DNA from: Octopus sinensis | Lineage: Eukaryota | DNA: 64,000 nt | Assembly (NCBI RefSeq): GCF_006345805.1 | Contig: NW_021835999.1 | Span: 1-64,000, forward strand | Direction of reading: 5' to 3' | Part shown: piece by piece, positions 1-12,671 of the stretch | Numbering within the stretch: position 1 is the stretch's first letter | How the letters are laid out: each line of letters opens with the position of its first letter | Notes under the pieces: model-generated | Seen by the model: only the letters and a program-made list of their open reading frames with translations | Databases searched by the model: none | Told to the model about the DNA's origin: nothing | Program-made: the position numbers and the translations under genes

Positions 1-442
1 TAAAGTGTATTATCCAATCAAAGCCATTATACTTAATTGCCTCTATGTTAAAGGAATTGAAACTTTAGATAATCGAACTTGTCTGGTTCGGTAAAGAAAA
101 TGATAATCAGCTTCATCTTGTAGTATTATAAGGAAAAAAATTAAAGCCTGTTAAATCAAGGAGATTTAAATATAGGCAAATTGAAATTACATGACTAATT
201 TAAATTTTATTTGCCTCTATCTTTTAAAAATCTAAACAGTAGCATAATCGAATTTGTCAGTTCGGCAGTTAAAAAGAATCAATTATGTAAATCTCTAATA
301 ATTGCTTTTTCCTTTTTAGTGGTTTTCAAAATCTGATAATTGCACAGTCTATTCATGGTCGATAACAATTAGAGCTTTTATTTTATTTTTTTAACGAAAA
401 ATTTAACAAAAAAGATTTATGTCATCGAAAAAAGATAGCTAA

Positions 443-3400
443 GCTAATTAATGGCCTCACGAGGCTTGAAGGTTTGTGGAGGACCTCATCATGTGAGTCG
501 AGGACTTCTTGTCGTTCATTTTAACAAAAACGCAGAAAAATATTTTTTTTAGTTTTGGGGCTTGAAGGTTTTGGGGGACCACATCATGTGAGTCGAGGAC
601 TTTCTTGTTTTCATTTAACAAAAACGCAGAAAATAATTTTTTTTAAATTTTTGGCTTGAAGGTTTGAGGGACCACATCATGTGAGTCGAGGACTTTCTTG
701 TTGTTCATTAACAAAAACGCAGAAAATAATTTTTTTAAATTTTTTGGCTTGAAGGTTTTGAGGGACCACATCATGTGAGTCGAGGACTTTCTTGTTGTTC
801 ATTTTAACAAAAACGCAGAAATAATTTTTTTTAATTTTTTGGCTTGAAGGTTTTGAGGGACCACATCATGTGAGTCGAGGACTTTCTTGTTGTTCATTTT
901 AAAAAAAACGCAGAAAATATTTTTTTTAATTTTTGGCTTGAAGGTTTTGGGGGACCACATCATGTGAGTCGAGGACTTTCTTGTTGTTTATTTTAACAAA
1001 AAACGCAGAAAATAATTTTTTAATTTTTTGGCTTGAAAGTTTTGGGGGACCACATCATGTGAGTCGAGGACTTTCTTGTTGTTCATTTTAACAAAAACGC
1101 AGAAAATAATTTTTTTTAATTTTTTACCTTGAAGGTTTTGGGGGACCACATCATGTGAGTCGAGGACTTTCTTGTTGTTCATTTTAACAAAAACGCAGAA
1201 AATAATTTTTTAATTTTTTACCTTGAAGGTTTTGGGGGCCACATCATGTGAGTCGAGGACTTTCTTGTTGTTCATTTTAACAAAAACGCAGAAAATAATT
1301 TTTTAATTTTTAGCTTGAAGGTTTTGGGGGACACATCATGTGAGTCGAGGACTTTCTTGTTGTTCATTTTAACAAAAACGCAGAAAATAATTTATTTATT
1401 TTTTGGCTTGAGGGTTTGGGGGACCACATCATGTGAGTCGAGGACTTTTTGTTGTTCATTTAACAAAAACGCAGAAAATAATTTTTTAATTTTTTAGCTT
1501 GAAGGTTTTGGGGGACCACATCATGTGAGTCGAGGACTTTCTTGTTGTTCATTTTAACAAAACGCAGAAAATAATTTTTTTTAATTTTTTGGCTTGAAGG
1601 TTTGGGGGACCACATCATGTGAGTCGAGGACTTTCTTGTTGTTCATTTTAACAAAAACGCAGAAAATAATTTTTTTAATTTTTTGGCTTGAAGGTTTTGG
1701 GGGACCACATCATGTGAGTCGAGGACTTTCTGTTGTTCATTTTAACAAAAACGCAGAAAAAATTTTTTTTTAATTTTTTGGCTTGAAGGTTTTGGGGGAC
1801 CACATCATGTGAGTCGAGGACTTTCTTGTTGTTCATTTTAACAAAAACGCAGAAAATAATTTTTTAATTTTTTAGCTTGAAGGTTTTGGGGGACCACATC
1901 ATGTGAGTCGAGGACTTTCTTGTTGTTCATTTTAACAAAAACGCAGAAAATAATTTTTTTAATTTTTTGCTTGAAGGTTTTGGGGGACCACATCATGTGA
2001 GTCGAGGACTTTCTTGTTGTTCATTTTAACAAAAACGCAGAAAATAAATTTTTTTATTTTTTAGCTTGAAGGTTTTGGGGGACCACATCATGTGAGTCGA
2101 GGACTTTCTTGTTGTTCATTTAACAAAAACGCAGAAAATAATTTTTTTAATTTTTGGCTTGAAGGGTTTGGGGGACCACATCATGTGAGTCGAGGACTTT
2201 CTTGTTGTTCATTTTAACAAAAACGCAGAAAATAATTTTTTTTAATTTTTTGGCTTGAAGGTTTTTGGGGACCACATCATGTGAGTCGAGGACTTTCTTG
2301 TTGTTCATTTAACAAAAACGCAGAAATAATTTTTTAATTTTTTTAGCTTGAAGGTTTTGGGGGACCACATCATGTGAGTCGAGGACTTTCTTGTTGTTCA
2401 TTTTAACAAAAACGCAGAAAAATAATTTTTTTAATTTTTTGGCTTGAAGGTTTTGGGGGACCACATCATGTGAGTCGAGGACTTTCTTGTTGTTCATTTT
2501 AACAAAAAACGCAGAAAATAATTTTTTAATTTTTAGCTTGAAGGTTTTGGGGGACCACATCATGTGAGTCGAGGACTTTCTTGTTGTTCATTTTAACAAA
2601 AACGCAGAAAATAATTTTTTTAATTTTTTGGCTTGAAGGTTTTGGGGGACCACATCATGTGAGTCGAGGACTTTCTTGTTGTTCATTTTAACAAAAACGC
2701 AGAAAATAATTTTTTTAATTTTTTGGCTTGAAGGTTTTGGGGGACCACATCATGTGAGTCGAGGACTTTCTTGTTGTTCATTTTAACAAAAACGCAGAAA
2801 ATAATTTTTTAATTTTTTAGCTTGAAGGTTTTGGGGGACCACATCATGTGAGTCGAGGACTTTCTTGTTGTTCATTTTAACAAAAACGCAGAAAATAATT
2901 TTTTAATTTTTTGGCTTGAAGGTTTTGGGGGACCACATCATGTGAGTCGAGGACTTTCTTGTTGTTTCATTTTAACAAAACGCAGAAAATAATTTTTTTA
3001 ATTTTTTAGCTTGAAGGTTTTGGGGGACCACATCATGTGAGTCGAGGACTTTCTTGTTGTTCATTTTAACAAAAACGCAGAAATAATTTTTTTTAATTTT
3101 TGGCTTGAAGGTTTTGGGGGACCACATCATGTGAGTCGAGTTCTTTCTTGTTGTTCATTTTAACAAAAACGCAGAAAATAATTTTTAATTTTTTGGCTTG
3201 AAGGTTTTGGGGGACCACATCATGTGAGTCGAGGACTTTCTTGTTGTTCATTTTAACAAAAACGCAGAAAATAATTTTTTTAATTTTTTGGCTTGAAGGT
3301 TTGGGGGACCACATCATGTGAGTCGAGGACTTTCTTGTTGTTCATTTTAACAAAAACGCAGAAAATAATTTTTTTTAATTTTTTTGGCTTGAAGGTTTGG

Positions 3401-3701
3401 GGGACCACATCATGTGAGTCGAGGACTTTCTTGTTGTTCATTTTAACAAAACGCAGAAAATTGACTTGAAGGTTTTGGGGGACCTCATCATCGAGGATAT
3501 TCTTTCTTATTAAAATTTTTGACAGGAAGGGTCTTAGAGGATATCAACCTTTTATTGTGCCTCATTATCGAATAACTACAAAAGGGAAGGTTTTGACAAT
3601 TTGATCTGGTTTGTAACAATTTGAATGTGGGTGTGCACAGACAGACAGACAGACACGCAGACAGACAGACAGACACACACCATACCATTTTATTATTAAG
3701 A
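443..3701 (-). mobile_element. Non-autonomous Helitron-family element (satellite-bearing, divergent subfamily)
   Basis: The reverse complement starting at 3701 reads TCTTAATAATAAAATGGTATGGTGTGTGT(CTGT)n, identical to the 5' ends at 27244 and 61312. The 3' end is uncertain (GCCTCGTGAGGC palindrome near 454-465 followed by TTAG). Confidence 0.6.
465..3490. repeat. Tandem satellite array, ~94-95 bp unit, ~32 copies (variant 1 of the Helitron-internal satellite)
   Basis: Unit GGCTTGAAGGTTTTGGGGGACCACATCATGTGAGTCGAGGACTTTCTTGTTGTTCATTTTAACAAAAACGCAGAAAATAAT(n)AAT(n) recurs every ~95 bp. Copies differ almost only in homopolymer lengths; there are no spacers. Confidence 0.97.
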
Positions 3702-4149
3702 CAAATAAAATGTATTTATTAAGACGAATTGAATTGTATGAAAATAATATTCAATTCCCATTTGCTACTTTTTGATATTTTGAATTGTTTCTTTAAATTT
3801 TCTAATTGCTGTAATAATGACTACATCCTCTCGTTTTCAATGTTCTCAAGTAGATCTTATCAATTTCGCTTAACTCAATAATAGTTCATTCTTGTTCAGG
3901 GTTGTTCATTTCAGTAGCTTATTTTAATGCAATAATAGTGTTATTTTTTTATCATCTATCAAATTTTCTTTTTAGCATTTTTAGGAAACAATATAATTTT
4001 AATAGTCAGACTTCTATTGCCCACCACTAAAAATTCCTAATAAACTTTATTACTCGTTAAATTTTAAATCTCGCTACTGCTTTTCATTATTAAATGAATT
4101 TTTTTGGGTTGGGTTAACTTTGTTTTTTTCCGAATTAACATTTCATGTC

Positions 4150-5470
4150 ATTATAAAAAGAGTCAATACATATTAGGAAAGTAAGATTCACTAGTGGCCG
4201 CACCGCGAATAGGAAACGAGTTACCTAGCAAGAGAGAAAGAAAATGGAGTCTAAATACCCCAAGTTTATTATTTAGTCATGTATTTAAAGGAACAAATCT
4301 CACGATTATGAGCGAAAGAATCAACTTCAGACCAAATCTTCAAATAACATTTTGGAAGAAAAGGTCAAAACTGTGAGTGGAGTCGCCATGAGAAAGCAGG
4401 AAGAAATCTCGATTTGGGATTCTATTTAACATTCAAGACTTTGATGACAAAATTGGAAAGACAGAAAGATTGGATCCATAATTTAGATTTGAAGAATACG
4501 TCCTTGCACGTAACTATCGACCAATTGAGAAAAAAAATCTGGCACATTTTAAAGAAAAATACCATAAATATAAACAAAAGTGATTTGTGTGAGTAATGTG
4601 GTAGAATGTGGAGTATAACCGTTGGTAGAGGAAAGCAACGCCAAATAGAGCAAATGAAGGACAAGGTGAGACTGTTGAAAAGAAATCAGAAAAAACAAAT
4701 TTTGTAGGAATCAAATCTAATTTGTTTAAAGTATATCTTGGAATATATTTTCGAAGAATAAGATGAGCGAAATAGAAAAAGAAATCAAAAGGTTGGCCAA
4801 GAACTTGAGTTGACTTGAGATTGAGCGAAATCAAGGAGAATGCAGACTTCTCGGCGTAAAAAGGTAGACCTAACAGAAGGATCAAATAGTCGAGATGTAC
4901 AAACAAACACAAAAAACCTTGAACTAAAACTTGAAGACGCTCAAAAGATGAAATCCACTTTTAACAGCAAAACTCGACCAGTGACAAACCATGTGTGCTA
5001 AAACTGACAACAAAAAGGCATTTTTTGAAAAGAATTTCAAAGTTTTTGCATAGAAACTGAAAAGATTATTCTTCCAGTGACTCACAATTAGACGGAATTT
5101 GAAAGGGACGAGTTCTTTGACTCACTGAACAAGACTTTGAGTTGCAGACGCAGTACAATCAAATGTTGGGACAACTAGAAATAGACAATTAAACCCTCAA
5201 AGATCAGATCACAGAAATGAACGATGAGTTAAAGAACATGAAAAGATCGTATTCTCCAAGACAGTTTTGTCTATCAATTTTAACAAATTGACTGAAATGG
5301 CAGTGGCAAATAATCAGGAGACGGGAGAAAAGTTGCGAAGACTGATAGAGACTCAATTCCAGTCTGAGAAACTATTGAAACAAGAGAGGATTCATCAAAA
5401 AAGAGTGTTTATAATGAAAAACATGGTTTTTCGGATTATTCGACTTTAGGCTAAGGGAAGGAAAAAGAGG
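4150..5470 (+). pseudogene. Degraded coiled-coil protein gene, unidentified
   Basis: Purine-rich stretch with E/K/Q/L-rich fragments in shifting frames (e.g. TGEKLRRLIETQFQSEKLLKQERIHQK), broken by many stops; no family recognised. Confidence 0.3.
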
Positions 5471-5925
5471 GGACGAATTCAACCGTTAAATGTTATCATA
5501 CATATTAACATTTTTGAAATCTATTAACATAATAAAAATATTCCTGTTATATACAATTAAGAAAGTCAAGCGAGTCCACATCTCCATATTAAAATGTCTA
5601 ATAAAAATTATTTTAAACATACTCCTAATTTACCCGGCTTTTTTGACATGGCTTCAAAAAAAGTTCATTCTTTTCTCATGAGTGTTAATTAACTTTAGTG
5701 ACCAGGACACTTCAAATGTTTTAGAAAAATGTAAAAACTTTTACTTAGAATCAAAGGCTAACCAAAAACGAATTATTTGAATGCTTTCCTCAAGTAGTGA
5801 TATATTACTTTTCATTAACCAAGTGGAAAATGACAATAGGCGAACTAAATCAAAATATCTTATCTCCCAACTCAAACTTAGCACTCGAGCTGTTTCATGA
5901 AGGTGCAATAAGTTTTGCCTGGAGA

Positions 5926-6653
5926 ATGAATACAGCTTGCTCAAGCCAAGAATGTCGTTTATTACCTCGTAGTCTCAACCATCAAAAAGCATGAGAGATT
6001 CGAGGAATTCCCCTCATTGAGTGGCAACCTCCTGCTGAACTACATCACAGCCGTGGCTTGGGAGTATCAGGCAATCTCCGCAGACTATGTGATTCCCCTA
6101 GCACTTGAATTTTATATTTAAGTCTCCGTTTTCACATGGGAAGCCGCCGATATATCTATCAGAAAATCAACTCTGCCGAGAGAGGATTCAAAATTAGAGT
6201 CATGCTAGTCCAAATCAACTCGGTTCTTATTGGCCAACACGTGATAGGATGATCTTGGCTTTGTCGGAGTTGGCTCAAATATCGATATGGCAGATTATGG
6301 GATGATCTTTTGCTGGAGGTCAGAATAATCCCCATACTTTAGTTCGGATGAGGCTGCCCGCTATCTCCAGACTTATAAATATTTGAAAAAATCTCTCAAG
6401 TATAATTATGCCAAAAAGCAGAACACGTACACACCACGGCAGTAATGTTCTGTTGTATTTGTTTGGTGATCGATGTGTTGACTACGATTAAGGAAGTCAA
6501 TAGACTGATGCAAAAACTCTACTTAATTTCGTTAACGACTTGGAGAGCATTGCTCCGGCTAGTTTGGAACAATTCAGTTTGTGTCAGGGGTTGGCCGCCT
6601 TAAAGGCTAGCCAGATTTTTGACACTTTTCATCGCCAATTTAGAAATAAATAA
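5926..6653 (+). pseudogene. ERCC1: ERCC1 (Rad10) excision-repair protein, intron-containing, apparently pseudogenised
   Basis: GNLLLNYITAVAWEYQAISADY, LSLRFH..YIYQKINSAERGFKIRVMLVQI, SDEAARYLQTYK and HhH-like DVLTTIKEVN...LEQFSLCQGLAALKASQIFDTFHRQF* match the ERCC1 central and HhH2 domains. There are frameshifts, a TGA at the conserved STC cysteine (~6106), and apparently damaged splice sites. Start is approximate. Confidence 0.75.
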
Positions 6654-8286
6654 TTTTCGATTCTTTATTTTGATATCTTTTTACTTGAAAATTGATAGTA
6701 TTTTTAAATATTAAGTAAATAAAAAACATGTTCCGTTTCAAATAAAGGTCGTAAACGGAACTAGCTGAATTTGGACAGCAAGGGGATGATTTTGAGTGGT
6801 CTTCCAAAGAATACTTCCATCACTGTGATTAAAACCTGTTTGGTGACTGTCAATGAAACGAGTATCAGTCACCGTTCTGAAGAAGAAACGTCATTTACAA
6901 AATGGGTGAAAGTTTTATTGAATTTGCTAAAAGAAAGTTTATAGAAATACGGCAGTATGTTAATTTTATTTTGTTTGGACTTGGAATTTATGAAGATTAG
7001 GTCTTTCAGACAGATCTCTAAGAAGCCAGAATATTTATAAAACGTCTTAGTTAATTTCAGGTTGCTCTGGTCGGACTTTCTATGCTAAATGCTAGTTTGT
7101 AAACCTGGAAACGGATATGTTTTCTTTAGAGAAATATGATAAACATGAATCAGTGTGTTTTACCTTTGTTGTTGTTTTCTTTTAACAAATATTTGATTTT
7201 TATTGATGTTCATTTTTCTGTCTGGTATTGAACCAGTCATCATAAATAAACTCTAAAATTCCGTACTCTAACGGAAAAACTGTGATGGTCACATTAGTCT
7301 TTTTTGCTCGTCACTACTTCCCAGAAGACTACTTTCTATTGACTGCACAATGATAAAAAAGAAATTTTCTTGAAATTGCCATATCAATAAAATACAACTC
7401 TCAAACTCCTATAACTACATTATTTAGTGATTTATATTTGAGGTGTATATTTTTTCTTACATCTCTTGGTGAGATTTGGCTTGCCACTTCTGCAGATTCC
7501 GATTGGGTTTACTTCTAGGCCTTTCACCCAGAAAGCTGATTGAATGGATAAAGATTGCCAGACCTGATCAACGAAACTCATATACGAACGGAAACATGCA
7601 AATCTTGCGTACGAGTGAACAGCCAGTACTGCGTGGCTTATCCACGCATAGATACTTTCTGGGCGAGAAAAATGTCAGAATTGAATTTTACATCTTACTC
7701 AGTCTTTTATTGTTGGCAATGCACCAATATCAATTCTCTGCGAATCAATTCGGTTGTCATTTTTCGTCATACCGAACTTGAACTGACAATTTTTACGTTA
7801 CGGAATTCTTAACCAGATCAACCGTCGGTCTCTGAAAATAACAGGCTTTCACTGTCAGCTGAACCTGTCCACTGATAATTGAAGGAGACTTAATAAAATG
7901 GAAACATGTATGTTTGGGAAGAAGATTGTCTGGAACGTAACGTGCGTAAATACTTATTTTCAATGAGCCTGAAAACTTCTTTACTAAAAAAGTAAAATTC
8001 AAAAGTACACTGGTGTCAGTTATATTAAAACCTCTGTTCTTTTAAGCTTTGGACTTTCGGTGTCCAGTGCACGGATTCAAATCAAATATTTTGAAACCGA
8101 ATTCATAAGGTGCCTGGAGAAGTCCTGCATCTCATTAGAAGACTGTCGATCGACGTAGGCGAGCTAATGATATCACAGATTTGTTTTAAAATTATTAGAC
8201 TCACTTTTTTGGCAAAAAAGCTGCTGTGAAATGAAAAGTTAATTAGAATGATGTTTAAATAGAAATAAATACATTAGAGATAAGAA

Positions 8287-9808
8287 TTAGTAATTAATGT
8301 CAAAAATAAAATTTCTTATCATTTCCAGACCGGCTTTTGGCTGATCTTCGGCGACCATATGACCAGCATCTCTCACCAAAATTTGTTTTAAATTGCGAGC
8401 AGAACGGACATACCCATTAACACGAGTCTTATCCTGTGAGTACCAGATCTGTTGAGGCGCTGAATGGAATTCCTCCTGACCCGCCCAATCCATTTTCTTC
8501 AGGAATGAAGACGTCATTGGATATGGGACAATGACGTCTAACTGTCCGCTGTAGATCAGTGTCTAGAAAGTAGTAATAGACTTTTGCACTTTGTATCCTG
8601 AATCTAATATTTTCCGAAGACGGGGAACTTCCGAAACCATCATGTCTTCAAAAAGAGCTTTGTAGACGTCTACGCTGAAATAGAGTGACCTTTTTCGATT
8701 TCCTGCGTGGAGAGTCTGATAATTTCGTTCAAGGAAGACTTCGTAGTAATAGGAGGCACGCTGGGAATGATATAAACGAGTACTTCATCTGAATAGTAGT
8801 TATAGTAGTTGCTCAATCCTGTCAACTTTTGGAACAAAATGAAAATTTGATTAAAGTACTAAAATAGTGACAAAATGAACGTTAGTGGCATCTTGGTATT
8901 TTCCTGCGTCAATACTCTGACGGATTAAATCTCGATACTCGTCAAATTGGAAAATCTGGTTGTCAAAAATGAGTCCAATGTTGTAAAAATATGTTCCAAA
9001 GTTCATCATCTGACAATCACAGAATACAGTACATTGTAGGGATCAAAAATACCATCACCAATGGCCATTCCCTGCAGGTTCACGGGGGCGGTGCTGTTCA
9101 TGTTCATTTGGTGGATTGCATAGACCGTGGCGGGAATATATTTTCCAGCATAGGACTCGCCCGTCACGTAAAACGGATTCTTTCTCATATCAGGAAACAG
9201 TTGGAAAAATTGTCGAATGAATCTATAAAATTTGGTTAATGATTACATTGCCAACTGAGCGCCCACCTCGTCTTGATTTGTCACATAGCACTCCAGATCT
9301 GAGAAACTGAAGCCAGTCCCAACCTTAGTCAATATTTCAAAATTCTTACCGGGTTATCAATGTAAAGAATTGAGAATTCCTTGGTCCAACTAATTTTCCG
9401 TCTGTGCACTGTGGATGAACTCATCAAAATTACCTTTATAATCCGAATCGACGTAGTAGGGACCGTTTTCCAGGAAGAGTCCGTACATCGACGACTCTCC
9501 CGGTCCGCCTTGTAGCCAGACCAAGATTGGTGCTGATTTGTTTCCGTTCTGAAAATAATAGCTTTTTGTACCTCAGCAAGAAAAAACCAAAAAAACATAT
9601 TTCTGACACATTTCTCAGTCAATCTGAAAAAGCCTGAATAAGATTTGATATTCCCAACAAATGGCTCCACTCTGCTCAAATTTCGCGCCATTTCAACTTT
9701 TCCATCGTTCAGATAGTCGGTTAATATGAGAGGAGCCTCTCGATCAAACAGAGTTGAAGCATTAAAACAAATTTCAGAAATTAAGACAATAACTAATTGA
9801 AGAAGCAT
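8287..9808 (-). CDS. CPVL: Serine carboxypeptidase S10 (CPVL / vitellogenic carboxypeptidase-like), multi-exon
   Basis: Signal-like N-terminus, [47 protein letters not shown], catalytic [21 protein letters not shown]; ~23-27 nt GT-AG introns. Confidence 0.9.
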
Positions 9809-9984
9809 TGTGGGATCTAAAAGAGACGTTTGTTTTATTTTTTGGTTGACAATTAAATATTGTAAAAACAAAATATATTTTCAATATTTATAAAATCATT
9901 AAAAATGTCAAAGTTCGTTAGGAAATTATATTTGTTGATAAAATTTTCATATAAATTTGTATATACTCGAAAAAGTTCGGAGAC

Positions 9985-10520
9985 TGGTGTAGGTGAAAAA
10001 ACATTCAAATGGCTAAAGAGTTATCTCAACGAGAGGAAATCTTATGTACGGTGCGGAAACCGACTATCGGACAGTGTGGAGCTCAAAAGAGGTATCCCTC
10101 AGCGTTCTACACTGAGCCCGCTGTTATTCAATCTTTTTCTCGCTGACATTCTGTTACCTACGGGTCGTTCGAGTAATCTCATTGTATACGCGGACGACAT
10201 TCTCGTGACCGATGTCTCGAGACGAAGCGAAGGCTCGAACCATACCTTGCAAGGATAATGGAATTGACTCGTGCAAAGGGTCTAACGCTGGCCTGTGACA
10301 AGAGCACAGTGTGCAGGCTGTCGAAGCGGTGGAGCGAAATTGTTCGTGTCTTTGGAGTTGGGGACATCTACATATACAAGACATGTGTACAACCGATTCT
10401 CACCTACGGGTTTGAGGGCTGGTATGACATGAATGAGAGGGTTTGTCTAATCAACAAACTCGAGAAAACGAAGCGTTACGCCATTAAGTTGGCCTACGGT
10501 CTCGATCTGAAAGAAAAATT
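9985..10520 (+). mobile_element. Non-LTR retrotransposon RT fragment (Jockey/I-like, same family as 51397-53113)
   Basis: WLKSYLNERKS..RGIPQRSTLSPLLFNLF..YADDILVTD, then YKTCVQPILTYGFEGWY..KLEKTKRYAIKLAY; frameshifted. Confidence 0.88.
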
Positions 10521-10599
10521 GAATAACTTTCATGAATGTAGTGGACTACATCGCGGTTGTTTTTGTAGTGGACTTCAGACATTAATGTGTCCATCAGGG

Positions 10600-11130
10600 G
10601 AATATGCCGCTCGGTAGAGACACTTCGGTGCCTCATTCTATTGAAAATTTCCCTTTGCTGAGTGCCTGAAAGCAGTGTTGCATAGAAATAGTTCGAATGT
10701 TTTGCAAAATTCTGTAAGCGATTCACCTGATTGATTCCTGATCTCTCTTCCGTGGCTCCCCATAAATTCTTTGCGTTTCAGTCTCCCGATGTCTCCTTAG
10801 ATGCATATAGTTGCGACAAGGAAGAATAGAAGTCGTCTAATTCGTCGCCATTGATTGATAATCTGACAAAGGTTAGAGCGTATACATTGTTAATGGAGAT
10901 TATGAAATCGTTCTTTTCACTGTATTTTAATTTTATGACATAAATTCTGTCACTCACTCACAACGTCTTATTCGATTGTTCAGTTTTTTTGTGTATTGTA
11001 AAGTCCATGCCGTAGTGTGATACTTCAAAAAAAGGCATAATCATCGTTGATAGTCCATCTTTTACTTTCGCTTCCTGTAACTATGCCACGGTTGCATTAT
11101 ACGATTCAAAATCGCACATAAGTTTCCATA
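10600..11130 (-). mobile_element. Probable decayed APE-endonuclease region of an RTE-like LINE
   Basis: Fragments such as INNVYALT..ELDDFYSSLSQL and NRLQNFAKHSNYFYATL resemble LINE endonuclease motifs; heavily degraded. Confidence 0.4.
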
Positions 11131-11138
11131 GAATAGAC

Positions 11139-12513
11139 CAGGGGTTCTCAACCTTTTTAGCTCAAGGGCCAAATCGATAATTAAGATTAGCTTCGCGGGC
11201 CGCACAAAAAATATTTTATATATTTTTATATTTTCCAAGCGGTAACTCGCTTGCAATCCGAAGTGCAGCCACTGCTGATGGTAATGAGTTTTTGGACTCT
11301 GTTTTTTCTTTTTTTAATTTCCATTTCCTTTATAAAGAATTACAAGCTAAAAATCTAAAAAAGGCGTTGTAACTAAAAGAAAGTATTATTTGTTTATTAA
11401 GTTTTTGAAATCCGGAATAAGTAAAGTCGAAGAAGTTCGTAAAAGCTGACTCGAGTGATTATCCGTGAGATTGTTACGATATTTATTTTTTATGCGAATC
11501 ATTTTCCTAAATATTGATTCGCATAAAAAGTAGATCCAAACATTGATATATTCATATATGCATTGTGTGTTATATTTTTGAATTTGTCTTGATGAATTAA
11601 TTCGTAAAAATTAATAATGGACGCTTTTTTGAACAATGCCGCCAGTTCTATATCATGTTGTAAATTAATGAGTTCTAGTTGAAACTTTGCAGGCGCATCC
11701 TTAATTTCCACGCTGAATGGAGTTGCGAATATTTTCATTAAAGGAAGGAATTTTTTAAAATTCTAAAAATTAAATTTATAAATGTACCCAAAACGTGCTT
11801 CAAATTGATTAATTAAATCACCAATTATGGATATGTATTTTTCATAAGCAGCGCCTTCGTTGTTTTCAGATAGTGAATAAAAATGAGATGTATCTCCCTC
11901 TTTAAGGAAGTCATCCATAATATAATTTTTCGATAAACAAAGAAATATATCCATATACCTGATAACAGAGTTTGCCTTTTCCTTGTAATTCAACATTGAG
12001 ATCCGACAAATGCGTGGTTAAATCAACATAAAAAGCCAAATCGGCAATCCATCTTTCATCGTAAAGTTCATCGAAAATTACTCTGTCTTTGGTAAACTCC
12101 TTAATTTCTGGAAGCAATTTATAGAACCTTTAATAAAATATTAAGGCATTTCGAACGACTTAACCACCTCACTTCAGTATGAAAAATAACATCTCCATAC
12201 TCAGCATCAACTTCTTCCAAAAAAGATTTAAAATATCGGTGATTGAGCGCTTTTGAGCGTATCCAATAAACGATATTAACGACTTTTTTGGAAACATGTT
12301 CCATTTAATGGACTTGGCGATAAGATTTTCTGGTGAATTATGCAGTGATGCCATATTAATTGATCGAAACTATTTCGGTTATATCTTTGGAACAATCAAT
12401 AAATAATTAAATTTTAACATTATTAAAAAATTAAAAAGTTAGTTACTCTAGAGGGGCCGCAAAAAAATCCTGCGGGCCGCATGCGGCCCGGGGGCCGCAT
12501 TTGAGAACCGCTG
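11139..12513 (-). mobile_element. hAT (Buster/SPIN, GTF2IRD2-like) transposon, internally deleted
   Basis: TIRs CAGGGGTTCTCAA / TTGAGAACCGCTG; perfect 8-bp TSD GAATAGAC (11131-11138, 12514-12521); transposase pieces ALNHRYFKSFLEEVDAEYGDVIFHTEVRWLSR, WIADLAFYVDLTTHLSDLN, SMFGSTF. Confidence 0.93.
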
Positions 12514-12671
12514 GAATAGACTATTATTGTTCATAAATCTACAAAACTCGAATAAATACTTAGATGTGGAAAACGCTTAATATCAAAACTTTTTTTACTC
12601 CAAAATCACACCTTTTTAAATATAAACAAAATAAGTGTAAATAAAATAATTTTTAAAATTCGGAAAATTGA

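Noticed and set aside
465-3490. CRISPR-like array
   Set aside because: Units are contiguous near-identical repeats with no unique spacers, there are no cas genes, and the context is eukaryotic.
988-3688. Repetitive short ORFs (MNNKKVLDSHDVVPQ..., MVWCVSVCLS...)
   Set aside because: Translations of satellite and (CTGT)n DNA; frames change with homopolymer length.
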